NCBI GenBank assembly: GCA_021613535.1
Contig: CP075496.1
Location: forward strand, 3,472,001-3,536,000
Reading direction: 5' to 3'
Origin: Adineta vaga
Taxonomy: Eukaryota; Animalia; Rotifera
Length of the DNA: 64,000 bases
The notes below the pieces were generated by a model. The model saw only the letters and a program-made list of their open reading frames with translations, did not search any database and was not told the origin of the DNA. Below are positions 27,301 to 42,300 of this stretch, one piece after another. How positions within the stretch are numbered: position 1 is the first letter of the stretch; each line of letters begins with the position of its first letter. Made by a program: the position numbers and the translations under genes.

Positions 27301-30300
27301 TGTGGAACATATTGTTGATAAGAAATATGTTCAATAAGATGAACAACAACATAATATCGATCAATAGGTCCATTCTTGTTCGAGGCACGGTGAAGACGAA
27401 GATATACTTGTGATGCTTGTGATGATCCACTAGTTGTTTTCGAAAAAGTTCGTCGATCTTGTTCAGGTCGATCAACATACGAAGGTGCATCGTAATCTGT
27501 CGATAAACGTATAGTTGCTGGTCGACTATATATTTTAATTGATGAATGTTCCGATGATGATATTGTACCAGTTAAATTAAATGTATATTGTGTATTAGGA
27601 ACTAATCCTGTTACTAGCCATTCACGTGAACCTTGCGTTGCAGGAAGTGATATGAGACCAGCTAAATTATGATGTGATGTACTACGTGTTGTTCCTAAAC
27701 CATCGACATAATTTTGAATACCTTCATAATGTACCTTGAAGAGGAGAATTGAATGAATAAATCTGGGGTTTTTTTTTGTTCGAAAAATGCAATGACAAAC
27801 CTCAAGTTTTTGTATATGACGACGATGATCAGGATTTGTTTCATTAAAAAGAAATAATAATTTGACACTATTCGATGTTAGATCAACAAAAGTCAGATTA
27901 TATGGTCGACTTAAATGATCGTCATAATGAATAATATCTTTTGAACCTAAAGGAGAAATAAACAAATCTAATTAATTCAATGGAATGAATATCTTTGTAA
28001 TTAAAGGATATGAATTCGGAATAAATTACTTCAATACTTATGAATTTCTTTCTTCTTCTATTAAATTGACAAAGTAGTTTCTTTTCCGACAAGTAACGTT
28101 TGTCTTTTAACGTCATTTGCTTATTCATTTTTTCTCTTGTCAAAAATCTGTCATAAGGACTTTTCACAGAATAACTCAAAATAATTTATTATACCAGCAG
28201 AAAAACTAGGGAAACTTTATAATATATCATAATTAATCGAATACTTTGATTTCATGTCAATTTCATACCTACATTTTCCCATCAAAAATGCCTTGACATT
28301 CAATGATTGATCAAAAAAAAGTAGATGGATTTAACTTGAGTTCTAAGGTTATCAGCACAGGCGCTGAGTTTAAGTCTCTTTGATCCGAACTTGACACATC
28401 ATGTAACCGTTTCTTATTCTCATGCAAAAGTAATTTCCTCCAACATCCATCATATGTCATTAGAACGAGAAGAAAAGAATGTAAAAGTAAGAGCGAACAT
28501 TTCTTGATAACAAATAATATTCTTTGAAACTATCGTATTACTTTGATTCAAATTTTTCAATATCCTTTTAGTTAGAATCCTCATTCAACATTTTCCAATA
28601 CATGATCTAATAATAATATTATTATCATCATCAAGAAAACTAATTTCTCTAAACTTGCCTTACAACTATCGTTTTACTATTCTCTATATCAATCAATTCC
28701 AGTACAAAGACTGATTGAAATCTAATTTAAAAACCAGTTTCTATCTTCCTGTTTCTTGTTCCATTAACTTTTTCAAACATTTTTTTCCCTTAATCTCATG
28801 GGATAAAGATCTTTACAACTGATTATTGATCTCTATGGACGAACTAATAGAATTGATGATTACTATATATATGTGTGTGTGTGAGAATCTTTTTCATAAG
28901 ATTGATCATGCAGTTTTGTATAGAATGATGATGGTCAGTTGAATGGATCAATTTTGCAGACCAATGATTACATGATAGACACATCATCACGTCGATCACC
29001 AGACGGAGATCATTAAAAGAATATGCACATGAAGAATCGATCACGAAGAGACATGTGCACATATTTATCTTTCACTATTTAGAATGCATAGAACATCAAT
29101 TAAGATCAGCAACATCTCATCAGCCCTTTTTTTCTTCTCTTTCTAACCTTGAGAGACAGAAAAAAACAGAAACTTAAAACTCAATGGAAAAAAGTTTCTT
29201 TCTTTTTTTTTCCAAACACTATTTATCTGATAATATACTCTATTCGTTTTAAAAGAATTACTAGTATTTATTCACTCTGATTAATTGAGAAAAAAGAGAC
29301 ATGACATCGACAAGAAAAATATTTTCTGTCATGCAACAAACCATAAAAATTCTCGCTTTGCAATAGAATATTTCAAATAAACTTACGACGGTAGATATCA
29401 GCAACTTGTATTTCAGACAGATCACCTTCACGTGAACTGCTACCCGATGGATAATGTGATTCATGATTAGTTGTTGACGAAAATTCTGCACTAACACGAA
29501 CATTATACATAGCATCAGGTTTTAAGCCACTAATAATTGCTGTTGTTGAACCTGAATTCGGTGGAGAATATAATGACCATTTATTTTCAGGTTTATGATC
29601 TGCTTTATCATTATAATGAATGATATATCGTACTACAGATGGATGATAAACAGGCGACCAAAATACTTGAATTGTTGTGTCATTAATACGAACAACACGA
29701 ACATCACGTGGTGCGGGATCTAAATAAATAAAGATGTTTACATATGTGCATAATATAGATGACTAGAATCAACAAAATGATGAGTAAATAATAAGTTGTT
29801 CAAACAAAAAGGTTTTTCTTTTGTTTAATGTCTTACAAGGTGTTGAACGAGGTACTTGAGCATAATAAATATTTGGACGTATAGTGGTAGTAAAAGTCAG
29901 ATGATGATTTAAGAAGAAGAGAAATATGAGAAGAAGTATGTGTTGAAACATGAAGTATGGCATTAAAATAATGCTTAGCTTGGTATTATTATCGTTGTCT
30001 TTATCATTATATAATAGACGTAAGTTGTTTCTATTCTTTAGTTTTAATACAATAATCTATGATGAAAGACTCATTGGCGAGTTTTTCTTCTTTCTTCTTT
30101 TTCGTTTCTCTTTTTTCTTGTTTTAATAATAACCACAGTAGAAATGGAGAAATCGAGACAGGGAGAGAGAGAGAGCGACAAGAAAACGAGAAGGAAAAAC
30201 GATCAAATTTTACATCTGGGCAATGTCAAGAAAAGAGACTTTCTTTCACTGAACGTTCTTTCTCTCTCTCTCTTACTCAGTATTCCTCTGTTCGCTTGCT

Positions 30301-33300
30301 TTGTTCTCCTTTCTTTCTTCAGGGCAGTTAATGCCATAGAGAGAAAAGAATAGGATGAAGAAGAAGAAGAAGAAGAAGAAAAAATAAGAGTAGATATCGA
30401 CTACTACCACTACTCCTATTCTCACTGCCTTTTTTTTCTGTCTACATAGAATATGCAAACAAAAAAAGAAATGCGCTTTCGCCGCATGAAAGAAAGAAAG
30501 AAAGAAATGGAAAAGAATGGGAACAACATAAAAAAAAGAGTTGTCGAATATAAAAGCATGATGAAGTTGAATCGACCATCATATAGATGTTTATATATCT
30601 ACATCTATACGTGTAATATGAAACTGTAATCATGCATATGATCTGATTTCTGACAAAATAGATTCTATTCTAATTTGCTTATTTGATTGAACATCCATGT
30701 ATGAGAAGAAAGATGCATATTCGATTGAAAAACCTTGGAATTTCTCTTCTATATGTCAATCGATCATACTTCTTTTTCCGTGTAACATCAATCAAATATA
30801 ATAATAGCTGCCACTCATCTAAGTATATGCGCATGAATTCATGAGAAAATGTCGTTCTGTCAACATCATTTCTTACTCTCTTTCTCTTAGTGAATCTTAA
30901 TATGTTTGAAGAAGTTCGAGACATAGAATACATATTGATAAAAGATGACCGACTTAAATTCAATCTTTAAATATTCACATCTTTACTTACTATTTATATT
31001 GACATAAAATTGATATTCAATCTTTGATGAATTTTGTCCATTTCGATCAGAACATAGAGCCGAGAATAAAACTGTTTGATTAGGATGAATACCTACAAAA
31101 GTTTTACTATTAATACAAGAAAATCAAATGTACTTCTTCATTTACTATAAGGGTCGTTAATATTTATTTGAAGATCTAATTTTTTAATTGAATTATCGAA
31201 TGATTGTGTTTGAATCGTTCGATTTTTCGATCCAAGTTCAATCACAGTGATGTAAATTCGATCAATTGCATTAACATTCGATGGTAAATCCCATGTTAAA
31301 CTTAATGTATGTGCATTGACTACATATGCTGTAAGATTACTTGGAGTTAATTGTCCTAAAAAAACAACAACAAAGAAATGAATAATTTGAATTCGCGGGA
31401 AAATTATTTCTTTTTTTTTCTACTCTGAAATATTCATGGATGGATCTAATCTAAATCCTGAAATACTCTTATCAGAAAATTCATATCAAGTTAATAAAAA
31501 GAGTAAACAAGACAAAACATGTCATTTCTGTTGTTTATTCGCAATGAAATGTTATCATCAATTCGATATTTATAATTCATCGAATATTTTCTCGAGTCGA
31601 AATGAAAAAAATACTAATGCTCTATCATCAATAAAAGATCTATGGAAAAATGAAATGAAAATCAATCAATCACCTCTATATGATCTTCCTCCATGTTTTC
31701 ATAAGAATTTTTCATCAAATCAACAAAATTCAACCACCGATTCTCAAATAACTCCTCTTAAGGTTTGAAATATTCAATTCTGAGAATGAAAACAACAATT
31801 TCAATTAAATTAGAATATTTCTTCATCATCACATCAATCATTTGAAAGTCTTCTCCGTCGTTTACCAAGTCCACCAAATAGTGTGATTAGTCTCCAATTA
31901 TCAACTGATGATGTGAGTAAAAGTTATTTGTTTTAATTATATAATCATTCAGACAAAATATAGACGTCTGTAAAGCAAAAGTAATTATATCTGACACTGG
32001 GGTTTCTCGTCATTGACCATTATAAGTTATCCAGACGAGAAACTTCGGTAGACTTGAGCTTTTAAGAAAAAAGAAATCCTAGTGAAAATAACAGGATCTA
32101 TGTTTCCGGAAATAACTAGAAAGAAAAGCATTATCAACATCACGACTTCCATTAGTGTTTCGAAAAGAAAAGGAAAAGAAAACCTAGAAAAGTCTGAACT
32201 TGAATTCAGACAGATTTCTCATCTACATAACTTCTGTCTTTCTTTGAAATCAACCATGATTAGTACTACAGATTTTCGGCTGAGATAAATTACAGAAGAA
32301 AATTAGTTCATGGAAAGTTTAAGACTACACTCGAATCTTAATAAAACACTGTTTTTTTTAATATATAAACCGAAAAAAGAGTCATTCAGATAAAATATGA
32401 AGGAATTCTATTTTGAACTATATAGAGACGTAGGATGTCTCGACGCCGTCCTTCCAATTATTGATAGTTACATAGCAAATATGTCTATTGGTCGAAACGA
32501 TCTAACATCTGTTTAAGACCAAGAATTTAATAACATCAACAAACTAAGCTTGATCTCAATCGAAATCTTTTGAAAGTCTAATTGTATAGATGTTGACTGA
32601 AGAAAATCAATTGGAGAAACGAATTCTAACGTTTTCACAATCTTCTCTTCACCAGGCATGTTGATGTTTATTTTAAATTTCTAAGTTAAATTTGATTATT
32701 TAGTCGACTCTATCTCTTTTTTAAAACAACAGAATACTGATCAATTTTCCGTCGATTCATCATCTTCATTTTCTGATTGTTCCTACTCGAAAACAAGAAA
32801 AAAACTAGTAAATATAACTTTCATCGTTCACAATAACAACAAGAGAAAAAAAGAACGATGATTTCTACATAATAGAAATTAATGAATAAAGAAAATTCTA
32901 TGGAAAGATTGTCTTCAATTCATAATCGATCAAATCAAAAATCAACATTAGTTGACAATAAATGTAATCACATTTCGAAAAACAAGTCATTACTTCCTTC
33001 TCAAAAATCTATTCTAGTCAACAAATCGAATCATCCATCGGATTTATCTCAAATAACAATGACTCAGTTTATTCAAGATATTCATACAAAATATGAAGCA
33101 ATTATTGAATCACCTACAATTACTCAAGCACATTATTCTTATCCGAAATATAAAACTATTCCATCACCATCTGTTCCAAAATGTCTTCGTCAATGTTATC
33201 AATTGAATTGGAATTCAATTGTAGATAAAACTTTTCAATTGAATCTTTTTGATTCATCTCTATTTCAATGGAAGCTTATTCATTCAAATCAACAAAAGAA

Positions 33301-36300
33301 CTATTTTTCTCGAAAACGTTCAACAATCTCATTCAATACATTTCAAACTCCGATTCAATCATTGATAAATTATATACAATCACAACGACAATATGTTCCT
33401 TTGGAATATTCATCATGGAATGTTTCATTTCCTAATTATGATCCTATGAAGTTTTCTTTAAAGAAATTCATTTCATTAAATGGAAAATTATTAAGTAAAA
33501 ATCCTCATGGACGAACTGGTCTTCAGGGTCAAGGTTTCTTTGAAAATGTTGGACCTAATTATTATATCATCTCGATAATTCTAACAAAGAAAAATTCTAT
33601 TTTATTAATTAAAAATTCTTTTAATCGATATGAATTACCAAAAAGTCGAAGTTTAAAGAAAACTTTTCATTATCATACACTTGATATTGTTTATCTCGAT
33701 CATCCATTGAATACAGATGATGCATGGATTGAAATTCAAATAATTCTTATTAGAAAATCATCAAGAAATCGATCGATAAATTCTTGGTTTTCATTCAAAG
33801 AATTATCTCAACGCAATGATATCGAAGATTTTGATTTCAATTTAATCAAATTTTATCTCTAGACGACAAGACTATATCTAATATTCACTCAATGTCCATC
33901 AGACGGTCAATGATGCTTAAGGCGACTCTTTCCATATAGTCTTTAGTAATCAATAATTTCTTTGTGCTTTTTCTTCTTTTCTTTTCTCGCTTATTCACTT
34001 ATCGAATCTATTCGATTTACACATGATTTCACCAGAACTAGTAAAAACGAAGAGAGAGAAAGAAAAGTCTTTCTTTTTTTTCTTGTTATTTCATTTTCAT
34101 TGATTAAATCTAGTAGGAGAATGATCAATAATGAATATTGAAAAATCATCATCTTCTTTGTTTTCTTCGTCTATTTAGAAATATTGTATAGATCTATTCG
34201 AAGAATTTGATCAATCAAGACATTTTCTTCCTTTCACTTCATTCTCGATCAAGTGTCTTTAAGTAAAATATGAATTAGTTGGGTGTCTGTCACGCACTAA
34301 AGAGAGAACGGCTACTTCCGGCAAGAATACACACATGCTCAATTGGACATTACGATGACCAGTTCTCTTTCAACAATCGTGACCTATGACATCGTGATGA
34401 TGTAATCAGAAACAAAACAAGTTTTCCCAGCAGTTAAGAATAGTAAATTAGATACAACATCTTGTTTGAAAACATCACCAGCCGGACAACAATCAATTGA
34501 GCTAACCTCATTAGATATTTTAGTACATTACACAACTGACATATATGCTTTTATTTCTCAGAAATTTCTAACTAACTAACAAAAAATGTATCCACCTGAA
34601 TTGTCGATTGAACTCATTTATCTTTCAGCAGGATGTATATATTCATCATAGAAACAAATCTATACAAAAATAGACAATTACGGATAGACATATCGCCACC
34701 CCCTACTAAGACGCAATGCGCAGTGGAGTACGACTGACTAGTAGCACTATGTCTTTGTGTGTGATGATGAAGGAGAGAAGGAAAAAAAACGCAGAGCATT
34801 GCATAAGAACTTTCATTATTGATTTCTGTCTGTTTAGTAGAATCATAGTGCTACTGCTGTTACTACTATTCCTAATAGTGATGAGCACACACACATCGGC
34901 AAGATAACGGAGGATTCTTTCTATTGAGTTTTTTTCCTTTATAACAATTATTGCTCTTCAATATATAAACAAGAAAGAGAAATAAGAAAATATATATATA
35001 TATAGATATGAAAAAAAAACGCAAAGAGAAAACAGAAGAAAAAGAAAACGTAATTTTTCTTCTCATTTTCTCGTTTTTCGAGCGTTAAGGGCGTGTCTAA
35101 AGATCATCAAGATGATCAATCACTTTTCATCTATATACACGCTAAGTAATCTTTCATAACATATATATATATATACTCGAATTATAAATAATAGAAGGTT
35201 ATGACAAGACAGATAGCACCGAAAAAACCGATTAGGAAGAGATTCTTCATTTAATTCACTCACGAAAATCTTCTTTTGGAACGGTAAATATAAATGGTAC
35301 ACTTGGTTTTCCATCGCCTTTTTTCGTAAAAGCTTTCACTTGTGCATGATATGTTGTTCCAGGTGTTAAATTTCCCACGGTATCCCAATATTGTGTACCA
35401 ATAGTTCCTTCATAATTACGATGAACAATTGGTGGTTGCATTGATAAAGGTGCAAAAACGATCACATAAAAACCTTTTATCATTCCACCAAGTAATGAGA
35501 TATCATCGGGATTATTTGTATCAAGTGGATAGATCCATGATATATTGGCAGTTGTTTGATTAATCATATATGCGCTTACATTAATCGGTGCAACAAGTGG
35601 AACTAAAAACGATAAGATGACGAATACTGACCACATCCGCATACGAATTGCTTGACTGACTGGCTGACGTTGTTCAAAACAGATCGAGCAGATCTACGAC
35701 AACCGACTGTTTCTTTCTGCGTTTCTCCTCTTCTCTCTTTCCTTTCTTCACATCCACCACCATCTATCCGAAATTATTTTCCCTTCTCCTTTTTGCTCTC
35801 TCTCTCTCTCTCTCTCTCTCGTTCTCTTCTCCTCTTTCATTGTCTCTCTTCTCTCCGTCTCATACTTTACAATAAGCATCGTAGAGCACAGGAACAGTTT
35901 ATTCTATTTATTTCATCATCTATTCTTTAACGACACAAAGACAACGATGACGACTTCTTCATTAGAAGATCTCCGCCCTTCTATATTGCAGACGAGCAGA
36001 AGGGAACATGCACACACACACAAATATATATATATCTATCTCAATGCTATGCTATTTGAGAAATTATCCTTTCCGCCGATCATCTGATACTAAGTTCAAG
36101 CTTAAAAAGCACGCTAACGATAAAATTAAATTTTATTCATTAGTTGCTCAATTTTCTTCTTTATTAGAGATATATTTATCTGAATATAATCATATATTAT
36201 TTTTTCATTTCTTTTTTCACATATTTCTATGGTCTAATGATGATCATCAGTTGAGATATTCAAGTGTTAAGACTGTCACTTAAATGAATGAAAGAACAAC

Positions 36301-39300
36301 ACATATTTTTACAAGAGAAATAGACAAGAAGACATTGATGATGTTTTTATTAATTGTGGCATTTCAAATGATATGCATATATATATCCAATGGGACAGAT
36401 AAAATGGACAGTTGTCCGTCTGTCGGACTATTTTGGTTACTAATGAAATGGATAGTTTGAAGAGAAGAAGAAGAACAAGATCAATTGCTACTGTCATTCT
36501 AAATTAGCTGACCAATTCTTCTCCGTTGAATAAAAGAAATTGTCTTAATGCATCTGAAAATATCTTTTCGTTTGGAAATAGTCGTCGTCTTCTTAATCTT
36601 ATTTTGCTTGTTACTTTTTTTATCATGCATAAAAGAATCTGAGTGAAAGGTAATTTTAAGTGGTAGATAGATAGATACTTGTTCTTTTTGTCTTCTCTCT
36701 TCTCATTCAGTTATATAAATGAGTGAACAAGTGTAATAGAGAAGGAAATGAACCTTGGATGTGTCATCTTCCGCTAGAGAAATGCAGTTATCTTATGTGC
36801 ACAATGCAACCAGGCATGGCTGACACATCTTTTTCTTCTTACACATTTTTTTCTATTAAGACTTTTTTTTCAAGACTTGTTACGATTACTAAGCTCATTT
36901 GTCGTTAGTAATAAAGCCGACTAGAAACATCTATATTGATTCTAGTTTCTTTTTACTTCTCCTAAATGTGTTTCAAGAAAAGCTATATTTTGACATGAGC
37001 CGGCTGATAGTAATTGAAAAAAAAAGACGTTAAATGATGACGAGGACATCAGGGGGTAGTAATGATAATGATGACAACGAATTGGAGATATACTCTACTG
37101 GGAATTTTCTTTTTCATAATCATATTCAAAATATCTCTTAAGGAAGACTTTCTCGATCTATCTTATTATAAATTTTTCTGCATGAATAATTTCAATATAC
37201 ATACATATATATGTATGTTGATCATTCAATGAAGCAGGTGTATTATTCGTTAATAGAATTGCGTCAAAGCACAGTTCCGTATAAACTCAATTTACAACTA
37301 TTCATAGAAATTGATTTTATTAACGTAACTTTATACATATATAAGCTTTAATTCATTATTGCCTGTTAACGATTCTCTGCTTGACATAAAGGTCAATACT
37401 TAGTGAGAAGAAAAGAGTAGGTTCGATTGACGATTATTAGTGGGCAAACTTGTACTTTTCTTGTCTTGCGTCATTCCTTCTTTCTTCTACGTAAGAAAAA
37501 AGGGAGGATATGAGAAGAAGAAGAATATGCTTACTATTCTCTAATTGATTAACCGAACACAAATAAAAGGAGAGAAGAATTTCTTTCTTTTTTCATACGC
37601 GATATGATGAGATTGAACAGATCTTGTTCGTTGGTTAAAAGAATTTAGTAAAAGTAATCAAATCGAATCTCATCATTTCTATAAGACTTAATCTAAGTAA
37701 AAAAAAAGGCAAAGAAGATTATATCAAGAGAATATTTTCCTTGTTTGCAAGGCTAAACTTTCTTTTCTTACAGTTAATTCCCTCGATGAAAAAAAAACAA
37801 ATCGTAAATGCTAGAGGGAATACCAAGACGAATTTTGATTTTCTTCGATATAAAATATTTATTTCCGAAGCAAATGATTAGTTTTTTTTTGATTAATTAA
37901 AAACTCAATCGGATTTGTATGTCTGAATATGTATTTATGTTTTCTAATCTTATAAAAAGAAAAATCGATGTTTGAATTAAATCAATCAAATAAGTAAACC
38001 AACGGATTTGACAGAGAAATGTATATATCGAATGATTGATGATAATCAATAACAAGAAATCTTCTCGACTTGTCAAACAATTTGATTGGTAAAGTATCAA
38101 GAAGAAATATATATATATAAATACATATGTATTGTATTCGATCAAGTGGAGAAAAGAATACTATTCATATGTTTCTAATAAAAAGCTATCTGCATAAAAG
38201 AACATGTGAAAGATATTGCTTCAAGGTATATAATAACAATCAATAAATGCCTATTAGCTTGGTCTTTACAATTACAACTTGTTACAATTGAATTTTTACA
38301 CTCTTGAAACTATATAGAGATTATTTTCTAACAAAGACGAGAAAATCTTTTTCATGCTTATTATATGCATTAAGAAGGTGTCTCAAAAGACATGACTATA
38401 GGTAATAAAAGTCATCACGACTTTAACACATTGAATTATGGACGAAAAAGAAATAGATTACAAATCTAAAGTATATGATAACATTCGAAAAAAGAATGTA
38501 CTTGAACACTTGAAATATGAGAAGTGTAACATAAATATCTTCGATAGTTCCTCTATTCATTCGAACAAATCTCGAGAAAAGAAATAATAAAAAAATTTCG
38601 ATTAAAAAACAATCAAATGTAGTGATATCTATTTTAAAAAAAAAGATATTCTTCACATCTTTTCATAATGTCATTGTCAAGATTTAGTTTCACTTCATAG
38701 TGTCATATTGTATCATCAGAATCTGCATGATTCATTAAAGCAAGATCACTGTCATATCGACTTAACAATTCAAATATAGAATAAAAGAAACGCATAAATC
38801 TAACACATCGAAAAAGAATTCTACGCTATTTTGTTTATAAATCTTTATAAATATTTCATTCTTTATCAAGTGTTGAATAAATGTTATTCAATCTTCTTTC
38901 ATGTTTTACATATTTGTTGACAAAGAAAACTTACAACTTCAATTGAATAGTATTCTATGGAGATTATTTATAATTTCATCGAATATTCTAAAAGATCAAT
39001 ATCTTCCTATCTCTAAAGCGCAAATTTGTTTTTCTTCTAGTCTTATACTTGATTAATACACTCTCCAAGGATAAACCATTGTAAAATATTAACATCAATA
39101 GGTTTCTTCGATAAAAAAATACAAGATAATTTCAAAAAACTGATTCTTTTAATAATCAAATCTGAATATTGTATTTGATTAGATACTCTTCAAGTATCTA
39201 ACAAAACAAAAACAAAGAAACTATTCAAGTATGTTCATCGAAAATTCACTTTCAATCGCATATATCTCAAAACATCAGGCAATCATTCATGAAAAAAAAA

Positions 39301-42300
39301 TACTATTCTTTGATCTATCACGTAGAAAGACGAAGGGAAAAAAATACTTATTTCTTTTTTCTTTCTCATTTCTGTCTAGACATTGTCTTAACCAGCCAGT
39401 CAAGCATTGTTTTATTTGAACAGGAAGTTACCTGTTTCATCTGTGATCACTTCTATACGTGTTGATGGACCTGACGAATCTGTATACGAGGAATTGAAAT
39501 AGGGTTGAAGTATAATTTCATATTTTGTTATTGGACGTAATTCATGCAAAGAAATTTGTGTATCATTGGTTTGTTTTACTATCCATGATTGATTGGAATG
39601 AACTGGACGATATTTAACTGTATAACCATAAATATTTGCTGGTAAACGTGTAGGTTTCATCCATGATAAACGTATGAAGTCTTTATCGGTAGCTAATATA
39701 CGAATATCATTTGATATTTGAGCAAAATTATTTGTAATGAAAAAGAATATTGACGAAAGAATAATAATGAAATACAACATATTATGTATCTAAGTTGAAG
39801 TGATAAGAAACGAGTGTTTTTTAAAGAATCGAAAGTACTTGTTTAAGGTTAGATTTAGTTGAATAAATAAACTGGACAATAGTGTGAAGGAAAAAAATTG
39901 AGAAAAGATGATGATGATCATCATTTGCAATCAAGTTTTTCTCTTTATGATATATATATATATAGAAAAGAGAAGAGAACGGAAGCAGAATGGAAGAAGA
40001 GCAAGAACGACCTCGATCATCATCGTCTATTTGAATCGAAGGGAGAGAGAAATATTGCTTTAACTTAATTGCATTGTCCTCAATACATACTGTAAAATAC
40101 AATGGATTGAACGATGGATAAAAAAAAGAAGATGAAGAAAGAACAGAAGAGCAAAAAAAAGATGAAGAAAATCAGTGTATCGACCGATGGTCGCCTAATT
40201 AATTCAAGACAATTTCATTCATCATTTCCACTAACTACAACCGACAAACATCTATCTTCACACATATATATATATACTGATCTATTAATACAAGATTTCC
40301 TGATGCAATAGACTCTCAGTGATAAAGTTTGCCTTTACTCTAACAAAATTTGCATGTGACACATTCGATCTAAATGTCACATAAATGGTTACTTCTTCTT
40401 TTTTTAGCTAGATCTAAATCTAAGAACTCACATACCCTTATCATGCAATAGACATGAAATGCATTGTCCTTTCTTCTTTTGCTCTCATTCTTTTTTTCTT
40501 CTGTAGAGGATTGCATGCTGACGATGTATGTGCTCATTAGTCGTTGAGCACCTGCTTTAAATAAAAACTGTACAACATACATATACTGAGAATAGGAAGA
40601 AAAAAGATGAATGGATCGCAAATGCAATTGAAAAAAAAACGAGAAGAAAAACGTCAGCCATCTAACTTAAAATTGACATCTATCGAGTTCATTGTTCATT
40701 TTTTTTGTTCTTACTTTCCGGTTATTATCGTTTCTTTTTTTCTCTCCCCTTCAATTACTGATTTTTATAACATTTTGTATTCAAGTAGTTTTTCTCGTCC
40801 GTTCATACACTTTTCTATTATGCCCGATTCTCTCTTTCTTTCTCGTTTCTTTTTTCAAATTTCAACATTTACATACAGTGTCACTTTTGTTTACTTCATC
40901 AGAAATCTTTAGATGAGAATTGTATGAAAAATATTATTACGCTCTTATGAACAATTGATAAGATCTAGAAGAGATCAGCCTTGACATACAATTTCCATTA
41001 GAAAAGCAATCGATTAGAATTTATTCCCGAAACAAGAGAAAATTTGCATTTCTTACCATATTTTCTTGCTAAAGTACAATAAATAGCTGATTGTGTCAAT
41101 GCCATATGATTATCATTGTGATCAATAAAAGCTAAATGTAATCGTAAGACATGTTGTTGATTATAATTCAAATTAAACATAGTATTATTAAATTCATATT
41201 TATATAAATCATAAGGATGTTGTTTATTAATTGTTAAAGAAGTTATTGGAATAATTAATTGACGTATAAAATCATTATTCGTTTCTGTTACATCGACATA
41301 ATATAAAATATATTTCTTAATATATAAACGTGATTCATAATCGATCGACCATTGAATAGAAAATAAGTGATTTTTCTCATTCGATGAACATTGAAATTTA
41401 TCAATTGTTGATATTAAATGAGGATTTATTAACGTACGATTAATGATATGAAAATCACTTAAGATAGAACCTTTTGCATTAACAGTAGCAATACGAGTAA
41501 AAAGAAGATAATTTGATGGAATTGTTAGAGTTAAAACATAGAATGGATATGTTCGAACAATGACATGAGACCATTGTTCGAATGGTATTGAAGTATTTAT
41601 TGTGTAATAGAGTACATAATACTAAAAATAATTCAAATAAAACTTTAGTTTTCAACTTCAATACGAATGTCGATAGGAAAGAATAATACAAATAAACTCT
41701 TGAGTTTAAGTGTAAATCAACATGATCAAAGAAAATCGGCACATTTTTTTTTCAAAAAAGATTATTTCCTGAACATTAACAATTGAGATGTACCCTTGAG
41801 AGTTTCGTAACATTATCCTGTCAACTTTGTTTACTATGCTATTTCTTAGATTAACAATGTCATTCTGTAGAATAGAATACAAAATTTTCTGTAATGATTT
41901 TTATCTCATTTTTTTCTGAAGACTCAACTTTGTGAACTTCAAAGTGCATTGTTTGGAGAACTATTTTCAAAATAATTATTAGAAATGTTTTTATCAAAGT
42001 CGCTATCATCGGTCTGATGCTTTCGGACGAGATAAGTGAACTTCCCACATAAAAACTTCCTTTTCATTGCTCTGAAACACAAACTTCTTTTCTCAGATAC
42101 AGTTCAATGAAGTCTATCCACCTCATGAAAAAAGAAAGAAACTAAAGTTATGACAAATAAGTTTATCATTTTACACACAGCTGATCTTTCTGCTTCATTG
42201 CTCAGAAATTCTCATAATCTTTAGTTAATGAAATCATATTTAGAATGAGTTTTTTTCTTACAAAATTCGGTCCATTCGTTGAATTTGGTGGTGTCCAATG

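Noticed and set aside
36309-36497. [23 protein letters not shown] as another LAR leader exon
   Set aside because: No convincing phase-1 donor and no domain follows; the hydrophobicity is explained by a CTT-rich tract.
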